Shown in pieces: positions 52,620 to 64,000 of a stretch of DNA of 64,000 nucleotides (position 1 is its first letter; each line of letters opens with the position of its first letter). The notes beneath the pieces are model-generated. The model did not search any database and was not told the DNA's origin. It worked only from the letters and a program-made list of their open reading frames with translations. The stretch is from Octopus vulgaris (Eukaryota). Both the position numbers and the translations under genes were made by a program. The stretch lies in contig OX597836.1 in assembly GCA_951406725.2 (NCBI GenBank), positions 27,714,001 to 27,778,000 of the forward strand, read 5' to 3'.

Positions 52620-53680
52620 ACTTTAGGTACAAAGCCTAAAATTTTGTCGGGGGCGTGGAGAAGTGAGTAGGTAGTCGATTACATCGACCCCAATGTTCAT
52701 CTAGGGTGAAAAGCAATGTCGGCCTCGGACGAATTTGAACCCAGATCAGAAAGGCAGATGAAATGCCGCTAAACATCTTGCCCGGCGTGCTAACGATTCT
52801 TATTTCTTTATTGCCCACAAGGGGCTAAACATAGAGGGGACAAACAAGGACAGACAAAGGGATTAAGTCGATTACATCGACCCCAGTGCGTAACTGGTAC
52901 TTAATTTATCGACCTCAAAAGGATGAAAGGCAAAGTCAACCACGGCGGAATTTGAACTGAAAACGTAACGGCAGACGAAATAACGCTAAGCATTTCGCCC
53001 GGCGTGCTAACGATTCTGCCAGCTCACTGACTTCCTCCGCTTATTAAGGCTCAAAATTTTGGGGGAGGGGGCCAGTCGATTAGATAGACCCCAGTACGCA
53101 ACTGGTACTTAATTTATCGAACCCGAAAGGATGAAAGAGAAAGTCGACCTCGGCGGATTTTGAACTCAGAACGTAAAGACAGATGAAATACCGCTAAGCA
53201 CTTCGCCCGGTGTGCTAATATCTCTATCGGCTCGCCGCCAACCTCCACCTATTAATATTAGAAATTGCAATTTAGGGCGATGACCTGCCAGAATCGCTAG
53301 CACGCCGGGCGAAATGCTTGGCAGTATTTCGTCTGGTTACACATTCTCTGTTCAAATTTCGCCTCTGTTCAAATTTCATCCTTTCGGGGTCGATAAAATA
53401 AGTACCAGTTGAACACGGGTGGGGGGCGATGTAATCGACATACCCCCTCCACCCAGCTTGCTGGGCTTGTGCCGAATTTTGAAACCAATGTTAGAAATCG
53501 CAATTGGCCGTGGACGCGCAAAATGATTAGCGGCATTTCGTCCGTCTTTACGTTCCGAATTCAAATTCCGCCGAGGTTGACTTTACCTTTCATCTTTACA
53601 GGGTCGATAGAATAAGTACCCGCTGTATACTGGGGTCGATGTAATCGACTTACCCTCTCCCTGAAATTATGCCAAAATTC
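52620..53680. mobile_element. SINE family B cluster, minus-strand copies (to ~53240) followed by plus-strand copies
   Basis: Repeated family-B units in divergent orientations. Confidence 0.8.
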
Positions 53681-54375
53681 CAAATCTATGTCGACCTCGT
53701 TTGTTTGTGGAGACTTTTTTACTAGTAGGAGAAATGGTGACCTATTTGGCTGCCATTTCTAATATTTTCGGTACGTGGTTTTGAGCAACTTGTTGCAATT
53801 AACCCTTTATTATAATTAATATATATATATATATATAATAAGTTAAATGTAGATATTCTATTGACAATACAATAATTTATTTATATTACAATAATTTATT
53901 TATATTACAATATTATATTAAATACTATGAATATAATATATAACATAACATAATATTATATTATAAAAATAATCATAAAAACAAAAAAAGGCCAACAAAT
54001 TGTTTCGACATATATATATATATTTATTCTGATATACATAATCACAGATCCATTATATATATAGTCACTTCAGGGCCTTTGGTTCAGTGAATTGGATGTT
54101 TAACATATCCCTTTCCTCAGTTTGTTATGTTATATATATATATATAGTATGTCATTAGGGTTACAATCTAAGTTGTGTCCTCTTGAAGCACATCTGCTTA
54201 TTCCAGTCCTCCAATATTGTATGTAAATGTTATAAAAGTTTGCAGTATGCATAAGAGTCGAAAGACCCTGGAAAACAGTACTTGCAGAATGATTGCATAT
54301 CAAATCAGGACATTGCAAAAAATATTTAGCATTATTCAAATAATAGGAAAATTTTTTTTGTTGTCTCTTGTTTTG

Positions 54376-54425
<50 letters not shown>

Positions 54426-54628
54426 CGTTTTCGTATCTACAGAGAAAGAAAACAAATCAATAACAAAAGACAGAATCAAATACAAATAGCAACAAAAGTC
54501 TAGGGGGCGCTCACAGTTCTTAGAAGTCCATATACAGAGCTACACACACACACACATACACACGCTCGCGCGCTCACACACAAATACTTATATATACGTA
54601 TACATACAAAATTATATATATATCTGTG

Positions 54629-54659
<31 letters not shown>

Positions 54660-54667
54660 GAGTTTTT

Positions 54668-54900
54668 GACACCTTACTAATACGTATAAAGCAAGTTGAT
54701 GTAGTTCTATGCATATCGTATCGTCTGCCGAATTCAACGAAATATGATGGCAAATTTGAGGATCGCCTCAGATACATAGGTGAGGTATTGACAAATCTAG
54801 ATTAACACAATAATAAAGTCCTCCTTGGTGACTCTAATCTGCCAAATATTAAATGAATAGAAGGCCATATCCACTCTGGGATGTCACTGCCTGAAAAACC
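54668..54900 (+). mobile_element. CR1-like LINE APE endonuclease fragment
   Basis: VVLCISYRLPNS..NKVLLGDSNLPNIK* corresponds to the YRPP and GDFNLP.I.W motifs, with stops. Confidence 0.7.
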
Positions 54901-54910
54901 TATGTGTGTG

Positions 54911-54983
<73 letters not shown>

Positions 54984-54994
54984 ATGTCAGGTTG

Positions 54995-55026
<32 letters not shown>

Positions 55027-55354
55027 GAACAAAACGCCCCCCATCCAATGGACGTTGATGAGTTGTCAAACATTCAAACCAAATTTTCTCAAAATTTTCA
55101 CGGGTTTATTGATCGCATTCTCACCTGGAATCGATATTTGTAAATTTTTCAAGACTTATACACGCCCTGATACCGTCGGTATCTACATATCAAATTTGAT
55201 CGCAATCGTATGGAGGATGCCCGAGTTCCTAGAAGACACACACACACAGAACGGATTTTAAATTATATATATATATATATATAAATATAGTTACAAATTG
55301 AGATAGGGGTTGTAAATGCAACCCTCTATGGGATAACGTATATCCAATATACTG

Positions 55355-55404
<50 letters not shown>

Positions 55405-56448
55405 TTAAAACTTGTTTACGAGAACCGTTTCAATATGCAAATTGCATATTCCATTATGCAGTTTGTGAAAATGCGCGTAGCGATGCATTAGATGTTCATA
55501 AATTCCATCCAAGGATTATTGTTATTATTACTATGTACATATACATACATACATGCATACATACATACATGCATACATATGTGTGTGTGTGTGTGTGTGT
55601 GGTAGGGTCTTCAATGTGATATATGTTGTGTGTTGATGGGAATTAGTTGCGATTATCCATCGAACAAGTGTACAAAAGAACTTCCAGGTTTGGTGCATCC
55701 GAGCCAGCGTAAGGTGTCTACCAAGAAATTGTCAGAGCTGTGAAGTTGATATTGAACGTTTCCATCACAAGTTGCAATTTAGTACAGGATTTTAAGTGAA
55801 AGATGCTTTAAAATACATTATATCTTTCGCCTCCTTTGTACTGCAAAGCATCATTATAGAATATATATATATGACGCAGTTTTATACAATAATACGTAGC
55901 TTGTGCTTAAGAGTATCTCATAACAGTATTACGAGACATGGATATTGCAGAGCGCTGATATAATAAAATTATCTGCATTATATCCAGTTTTAGTCTGAAT
56001 ACAAAGATGAAATTCATTTTTCCAAATATGTTTTGACATAAAGACAAAAACTAATTATCTACGAGATACTTTCAATTAACAAAGATAATTAATTTATTTA
56101 TAGTAGGCCTTTATAATAAACGAATGATGAGATATTACATAATTTCTGTCTTGAGGGTGACATTTCTAATGCTACAAGATCCATCAACGTTTTATATATT
56201 TATGGAACTGTCAGCAGACATATTGATTCAAGGCGTTTGCTTCATGTAACAATGGATTCATCGTCAGGAAGTTACCAATTCAGCTAAATGTGTCTGTATA
56301 ATCTTTTACTCGTATAATCCTTCAATTGTAGGAAAAAGATCCCTCAAGATAAAGAAAAACAACAAACAAAAGATAAGATACAAATCCTGAATCTAAATCG
56401 GTTTTCTCCACTCGAGAATCTTCACCCTTTTTTTTCACCTTACAGTAA

Positions 56449-56484
56449 TCTCTCTCTGTCTCTCTGTCTCTCTGTCTCTCTCTG

Positions 56485-56528
<44 letters not shown>

Positions 56529-56750
56529 ACTCTCTGTCTCTCTCTCTCTCTCTCTCCTTGTTTCTCTCACTCTCTCTCCCTTTCTCTGTCTTTCTCTCTT
56601 TCTCTCACTCTTTCTCTTTCATTTCTTCCTCTCTTTCTGTTTCTCTCTCTCTTTCTATCTCTTTCTCTCTTTCTTTCTGTTTCTCTCTCCCTCCATTTCT
56701 CTGTCTTTCTCTTTCATTTCTTCCTCTGTTTCTATCTCTCTCTCTTCCTC

Positions 56751-56781
<31 letters not shown>

Positions 56782-57068
56782 CTTTTAATCTTTCTCTCTC
56801 TCTCCCTTCCTCTGTCTTTCTCTCTGTTTCTCTCTTTCTCTTATTCTTTCTCTTTCACTTCTCTTTCTTTCTCTCTCTTTCTCTCTCCCTCCCTTTCTCT
56901 CACCCTTTCTTTTTCATTTCTTCCTCTCTTTGTCTCTCTCTCTCTCTCTCTCTCTCCCTTTCTCTGTCTTTCTCTCTGTTTCTCTCTTTCTCTCATTCTT
57001 TCTCTTTCACTTCTTCTGCTCTTTCTTACTCTCTTTCTCTCATTCTTTCTCTTTCACTCCTGCTCTTT
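56449..57068. repeat. ~600-bp polypyrimidine (CT-rich) tract
   Basis: Almost purine-free + strand, with internal ~80-bp duplications. Confidence 0.9.
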
Positions 57069-57236
57069 ATGTTGTGTGGACGCCCCCAGACGATGAAGTA
57101 GACTAGCCCAATACATAGATATAGAGGGAGAAGTCTAGATGTCAAGACTAGAACCGAGTAGAGTTGAGAAGTAGAGGCATTCGAACGTGCGACATAACAC
57201 TTTATCTCTCTCCCTTTTCTCTCTCTCTCTCACTCT

Positions 57237-57267
<31 letters not shown>

Positions 57268-57677
57268 GTCTCTGTTTCTCTCTCTCTCTCTCTCCCTTTT
57301 GATCTTTCTCTCTCCGTAAGCAACAATAAGCAGCAGCAGCAGCAGTAGCAGCAGCAGTCGTGGTCGCCAGTCAAGTAAGCACGCGTATCATCTGTAGATG
57401 TTGTCCAGAAAATTGTATCGCAATTTCCTCCGACAGGAAGACACAAATCGTTTGGCTCAACAGACATCATGTGCTCACATTTCAAACTGATTCTATGATT
57501 CTACGCCTTTGTATCGCCTCCACATCTGCATCTGACAACATCAAACAAGCACAGACACCAGCAGCAATAAAACACGATACAACAACAGCAATATGATACC
57601 GACATCAGAAAGACTTTAATTTCATACAGGAATAATAAATATTGGGCTGGCTTAAAGTCATTGTTTGTGACGAGATA

Positions 57678-58090
57678 TACCTATTTCTTTATTACCCACA
57701 AGGGGCTAAATATAGAGGGGACAAACAAGGACATAGGTATTAAGTTGATTACATCGACCCCAGTGCGTAACTGGTACTTATTTAATCGACCCCGAAAGGA
57801 TGAAAGGCAAAGTTGACCTCGGCGGAATTTGAACTCACAACGTAACGGCAGACGAAATACCTATTTCTTTATTACCCACAAGGGGCTAAACATAGATGGG
57901 ACAAACAAGGACAGACATAGGTATTAAGTCGATTACATCGACCCCAGTGCTGCGTAACTGGTACTTAGTTAATCGACCCCGAAAGGATGAAAGGCAAAGT
58001 CGACCTCGGCGGAATTTGAACTCAGAACGGCAGACGAAATACCGCTAAGCATTTCGCCCGGCGCGCTAACGTTTCTGCCAGCTCGCCGCC
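57678..58090 (-). mobile_element. SINE family B with two tandem internal units
   Basis: As 6815-7378. Confidence 0.8.
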
Positions 58091-58513
58091 TGTGACGAAA
58101 TATACCTTAAGCAATTTATACACAGCAAAAGCTCCCTAAACTAGAAACCCTACAAAAAGTATTACCGTAGTAGTAATTATAATCCGAAGGAAGGACAATG
58201 GCGCAATATCAAAGTACAGGGTGCGCAGAAATAACTCCCACATTTTAAACTTTCATTTATGTGTGGCTAATGAACTTATGCAAGTGCCAATGATGTTTTC
58301 ATTTAGCTAATGTTACATATTGTGTCACACTGATGTTTGTCTGATGATTATGTTAACGGTACACGTGTCCGCGGAATACTCTGCCACTTACACATTAAGT
58401 CAATGAACAAGGCCTTCAGTTGATCGAAAGGAAGGAACAGTCATCGTCGAAATCAACAGAGAACAGTTTGCTTTTACTCGGAAATTTTACTTTTACACAC
58501 ACACACACACACA

Positions 58514-58550
<37 letters not shown>

Positions 58551-58561
58551 ACACACACACA

Positions 58562-58597
<36 letters not shown>

Positions 58598-58603
58598 GAT
58601 AGT

Positions 58604-58668
<65 letters not shown>

Positions 58669-58677
58669 GGATGGATG

Positions 58678-58710
<33 letters not shown>

Positions 58711-58719
58711 GTAGGTAGG

Positions 58720-58787
<68 letters not shown>

Positions 58788-59113
58788 GAGAGAGGGGGGG
58801 AGATCTTGACTTTATAATTAAAGAAACTTAGAAAAAGATGTGTTAGTTGCTTTTACAACTTCTAAGATGAATTTCTAACTTGAAAGACCCTGTTACCATG
58901 GTTTCGTTGAAGATTGCAGAAACTGAAGTTGAACAGGATGAAATAACAACAAACAATATCACCAAAACCACCACCACCACCTCCACCATCATTAACAGCA
59001 ACAACGATTATGGTGGTGGTGAGGATGATTAAGAGGGTGGTGGTGGTGGTGGTGGTGGTGGTGGTGGTGGTGGTGGTGGTTGTGGTGATGGTTGTGGTGG
59101 TGGTGGAGGGTGG

Positions 59114-59144
<31 letters not shown>

Positions 59145-59529
59145 GGTGGTTGTGGTGGTGGTGCTGGTGGTGCTGGTAGTGGTGGTGGTGGTGGTGGTGG
59201 TGATGGTGATGACGACGACGACGACGATGATGATGATGATGATGATGAGGAGGAGGAGGAGGAGGAGGAGGAGGTTTGTGGAGCAAATTCTGCAAATGAC
59301 GTCATTTCGAAAAGTAAGTCTGGGTCTTTTATTTATTCTTCCGAATCTGCGAACCTTCAGATCTGTTTGCCCTTTGGATCCATCGTATGTTTGCGAATTA
59401 GGGTTCTCTGCGCTTATGGAACTAAAGAAAGAAAAAAAAAAAAAAAGGCAAAACGGGGGACGATTACAGGTGGTAGATGTGGAGTTACGTATTTGTTTAA
59501 TTAATTATTAGCCGCTTTTTCACAAAATT

Positions 59530-60575
59530 CTTTCTCTGCTGTACTCTTTCATCACAGCTTTCTCTCACTCTTTCTTCCTGTTTCTGTTGTATCTGTATTT
59601 CAAAGGGCCTATTGAGCGAAAACACCTAAAAAAGCTCCACGAGGCTCCGGCAGGGGATGGTGGTGATCCCTGCTGTACTCTTTCACCACAACTTTCTCTC
59701 ACTCTTACTTCCTGTTTCTGTTGTACCTGTATTTCAAAGGGCCGGCCTTGTCACTCTGTGTCACGCTGAATATCCCCGAGAACTACGTTAAGGGTACACG
59801 TGTCTGTGGAGTGCTCAGCCACTTACACGTTAATTTCACGAGCAGGTTGTTCCGTTGATCGGATCAACCGGAACCCTCGTCGTCGTAACCGACGGAGTGC
59901 TTCCATCCATTTCAAAGGGCCAACCTTTGTTTAATAATTGATTTGTCCTCTCTTTGTGGAGGCGCACTGGCCCAGTGGTTAGGGCAGCGGACTCACGGTC
60001 GTAGGATCGCGGTTTCGATTCCCATACTAAGCGTTGTGAGTGTTTATTGAGCGAAAACACTTAAAGTTCCACGAGGCTCCGGCAGGGGTGGGGGCCAACC
60101 CTGCTGTACTCTTTCATCACAGCTTTCTCTCACTCTTTCTTCCTGTTTCTGTTGTAACTGTATTTCAAAGGGCCAACCTTTGTTTAATAATTGATTTGTC
60201 CTCTCTTTGTGGAGGCGCACTGGCCCAGTGGTTCAGGCAGCGGACTCACGGTCGTAGGATCGCGGTTTCGATTCCCATACTAAACGTTGTGAGTGTTTAT
60301 TGAGCGAAAACACCTAAAAGCTCCACGAGGCTCCGGCAGGGGATGGTGGCGAGCCCTGCTGTAGTCTTTCATCACAACTTTCTCTCACTCTTTTTTTTTC
60401 TCTTTTTGTTGTACCTGTATTTCAAAGGAGCCAGCCTTGTCACACTCTGTGTCATGCTGAATCTCCCCGAGAACTACGTTAAGGGTACACGTGTCTGTGG
60501 AGTGCTCAGCCACTTGCACGTAAAATTCACGAGCAGGCTGTACCGTTGGTCGATTCAACTGGAACCCTCGTCAAC
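59530..60575 (+). mobile_element. Tandem cluster of SINE family C copies with a 42-nt leader
   Basis: Heads near 59961 and 60214, each preceded by CCAACCTTTGTTTAATAATTGATTTGTCCTCTCTTTGTGGAG. Confidence 0.8.
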
Positions 60576-60967
60576 GATTTTTATATGGAAGAATTTTATT
60601 TGGTGTGCCGCAAAATAAATTCTCCTCGCCCAGTGTGTCGTAAGGTTTGACAGTCACTGTTATAATGGGGAAAGTTATCAACATTTCAAAAATTACTTAT
60701 ATGTTTTTCCTCCATTCCTTCTCCTCCTCCTTCCTCACTGCTACTACTACTACAGCTTTTGCTGTTGTTGATGCTGCTCCTGCCGCTGCTACTACTACAA
60801 CTACTACTATTACGACTTGGTCACTTCATGCAAGAAACCGAGGATGTCGTCAATAAAGGACGCTGGTTGCGGCTGGCGGACAGCAGCCTGAAATGAGAAA
60901 CCGAAGCGCTAACTTTAAGGCAAAGATGTGTCCATCTGTTCTAATTTAATTAAATTCTATGTCTTTG

Positions 60968-61054
60968 TGCAGCTGCAGATTGCTCTGAATTTTGAATTAA
61001 TGTAATGATCGCATTGTTCAATTAAATGGAGTTGCATGAAACGATCGTACTGCA
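60968..61054 (+). ncRNA. Hammerhead-like motif with long stem II
   Basis: UGCAG-CUGCAGA-U-UGC..long imperfect hairpin..GCA-U-GAAA-CGAUCG-UA-CUGCA. Confidence 0.6.
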
Positions 61055-61218
61055 TTACCATATCCTTGTTGCTTATTTTCATTTTAATCACCTTACTTTG
61101 AAATTGTATGGATAATACCGTACTAAATTCTGGTGCCTTAACTTAAGTACCATATTCATCTGAATCTAAATTTTTGCTGAACTCATCTAAATATACATAC
61201 ATATATATACATACATAC

Positions 61219-61298
<80 letters not shown>

Positions 61299-61700
61299 AT
61301 ATGTATATATATATATAATATGTGACAATTAGTTAGTTGTCATAATAAAACTCAGAGTTTCGGATTCCGGGGATGAAGTCTGCTACTACATCTCATCAGT
61401 TATTAAGACAAAATGCTACGAAAAAACCGTTAAATAAAGGGAAATTACTCCAATTGCATGGTGATAGTAATACTTCTTTCATAGAATCCGCATATGCACA
61501 CATATACATACACATACATGTACGAACACACACACACATATATGTATATACATCTATATACATACTCACACAGGCGTGTACGTATACATACAAACACACA
61601 TATATGTACGTGTATGTCTACGCATACACGTATATACACGCAAATATACACATGCACGCATCACTACGCTCATATATACAACTCTACACGCACACACACC

Positions 61701-61759
<59 letters not shown>

Positions 61760-61875
61760 TGATTTGAATGTTCTTAACATTCAAATCAACATCTCTGTCT
61801 AAATATCTACCCTCTTTATAATGCTATTTATTAACGTGAAAAAATTATATGTATTGATGGAAAACCTCTATAAAC

Positions 61876-61957
61876 GGCTGATGATTGCTAAACATTTTAA
61901 AACTGTTGTAATACTTACAATGTTTAATAAAATGATGTAGCGTGAAACGATCGTACC
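61876..61957 (+). ncRNA. Hammerhead-like motif with canonical CUGAUGA core and long stem II
   Basis: GG-CUGAUGA-U-UGCUA..CAUUUUA..UUGUAA(UAC)UUACAA..UAAAAUG..UAGCG-U-GAAA-CGAUCG-UA-CC. Stem I is only 2 bp. Confidence 0.6.
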
Positions 61958-62604
61958 AAATTACCGAAGATATTCTTGTTGCTTATTTTGATTATATATA
62001 TATGAGCTAACGCTATGGTTGAAAACATATTGACTGATGTGTTCATAGATTATATCATAGAATAAATTCACCAATATCATGTAAAACCTTAAACAGGTGG
62101 TGTAAAACCTTAATGATGAGAAAACCAACAACATACTTGATAAGTGGTATTTTCAAGAAAGAACATTCGAATTTATAGAGATCAGAAGCAAAACGGCCAT
62201 GCGAGAAGCAGGGAGATCAAACAACTCTATTACTTCAAACAGTTTATCTAATTAAGTTTATTGTAATTAATTGCTATGAGGAAGTTCAAGAAAGATAGAC
62301 AAGTTGTAAGCAAGATATGTCCGTAAGGTCATTGAAACCAGGAAGACATCTTGTCGGTTAAGGGAGGTAAAAGGAAGCAAACTTCTGGGCAGCAGAAAGC
62401 CATACCATTGCTATTGTCTTTTCAAGCTGGTAAAAGTGTATTTATGTACACGTGTATATATATCTTGTATATGGATAAAGATTTGTGTATGTATGCATAT
62501 ATGTATGTACTTGTATATGTGTGTGGATGTAAATGTGTGTGCATGTGCGTGTGTTTACGTATATGCATATATGTGTGTGTGTGTGTGTGCACGTCTAAGC
62601 ATAC

Positions 62605-62666
<62 letters not shown>

Positions 62667-62667
62667 T

Positions 62668-63022
62668 CCGTCGGTTGCGACTACGAGGGTTCCAGTTGAT
62701 CCGATCAATGGAACAGCCTGCTTGTGAAATTAACTTGCAAGTGGCTGGGCACTCCACAGACATGTGTATCCTTAATGTAGTTCTCAGGGAGATTCAGCAT
62801 GACACAGAGTGAGACAAGGCTGGCCCCTTTGAAATACAGGTACAACAGTAACAGGAAGAAAATGTGAAAGAACGTTGTGGTGAAAGAGTATAGCAGGGTT
62901 CGCCTGCCGGAGCCTCGTAGTGCTTTAGGTGATTTCGTTCAATAAATACTCACAACGCCCGGTCTGGGAATTGAAACCGTGATCCTTCGACCGCGAGTCT
63001 GCTTCCCTAATCACTGGGCCAT
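62668..63022 (-). mobile_element. SINE family C
   Basis: Reverse complement of the family C body and head. Confidence 0.8.
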
Positions 63023-63125
63023 TGAATTAGGTACATATTTTGCCATAAAAGGGAAATGCTACTATCGATCTTTTTTTTTTTTTAGGGTAGACACTGCCTT
63101 TCTTCCCTACCCAGACGGCACGCTC

Positions 63126-63198
<73 letters not shown>

Positions 63199-63531
63199 TA
63201 ACGCATATTTGCCAATTTGAATATGGCTAACCCCTAAGGGTGGATGCTACTGTAGTTTGTAGCCCCAGGAAGATATATTATATATATATATATACATATA
63301 TATATATACATAAATATATATATATATATATATGACGGACACCTTCCAATTTCAATCTGCCCAATCCATTCACGAATCTTTGACCAGCCCAAGGCTATAG
63401 CTTGGCAACAGCATGGTTCCAGGTTCAGTCCCACTGCGTGGCACCTTGGGCAAGTGTCTTCTGCTGCTATAGTCTCGGGCCGACTAAAACTTTGTGAGTG
63501 GATTTGGTGGACGGGAACTGAAAGAAGCCCG

Positions 63532-63600
<69 letters not shown>

Positions 63601-63742
63601 TGCGTGCATGTGTGTGTGTGTTTGTGTGTGCCCACGCGCGCGCGTGTGTGTCTTTGTGCCTGTGTTTGTCCCACGTTACCGTTTGACAACCAGTGTTGGT
63701 GTGTTCACATCACCGTAACTTAACGGTTCGGCAAAAGAAACC

Positions 63743-63815
<73 letters not shown>

Positions 63816-64000
63816 AGAGAGAAAGAGACAGAGAGACAGACAGACAAAAGACTGGGAGACAGACCAACAGCTCGATGCTAGTCTTTTTGGTCAAAAAATG
63901 GGGGAGAGGCATAAAATATCCTCTTTTCTCGCCATTGCGGTTGTTATAGTCGTAACAAAATTTCTTGCTCGACATAGGCATAATATTGTAGTTGCTGCTG

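Noticed and set aside
59330-59422. Minus-strand exon after a strong polypyrimidine/AG acceptor
   Set aside because: The only open frame runs into repeat-derived poly-L/I/V/T with no donor or homology; the pyrimidine tract is simply a + strand poly-A run.
52329-64000. Next calpain exon (..DGEFWM..F)
   Set aside because: No phase-2 exon with this motif was recognised; the gene presumably continues beyond the window.

Overview
AT-rich, microsatellite- and SINE-saturated eukaryotic DNA, most consistent with an octopus (coleoid cephalopod) genome; the organism is inferred from repeat style, not proven. The ORF track is almost entirely microsatellite artefact. Manual splicing reveals one host gene on the + strand: five phase-compatible GT-AG exons (11873-12062, 36845-36998, 37771-37990, 40172-40240, 52237-52328) encoding most of a calpain CysPc domain. 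All three catalytic positions and the oxyanion Gln appear substituted (Cys->Gly, His->Phe, Asn->Cys, Gln->Val), suggesting a calpain pseudo-protease. Its first and last exons were not found. Introns and flanks carry four tRNA-derived SINE families, LINE fragments (R4/Dong-like in TAA repeats, CR1-like, RTE-like, Tx1-like), Tc1/mariner relics, MITEs, long fold-backs and Penelope-like remnants. The most unexpected signal is about 10 minimal type-I hammerhead-ribozyme-like motifs from at least six unrelated short elements. They keep the stem I/II/palindromic-stem-III topology but carry different core variants, including a reciprocal G3:C8 swap of the C3:G8 tertiary pair seen in two copies. Everything was read by eye; no searches or folding programs were run.
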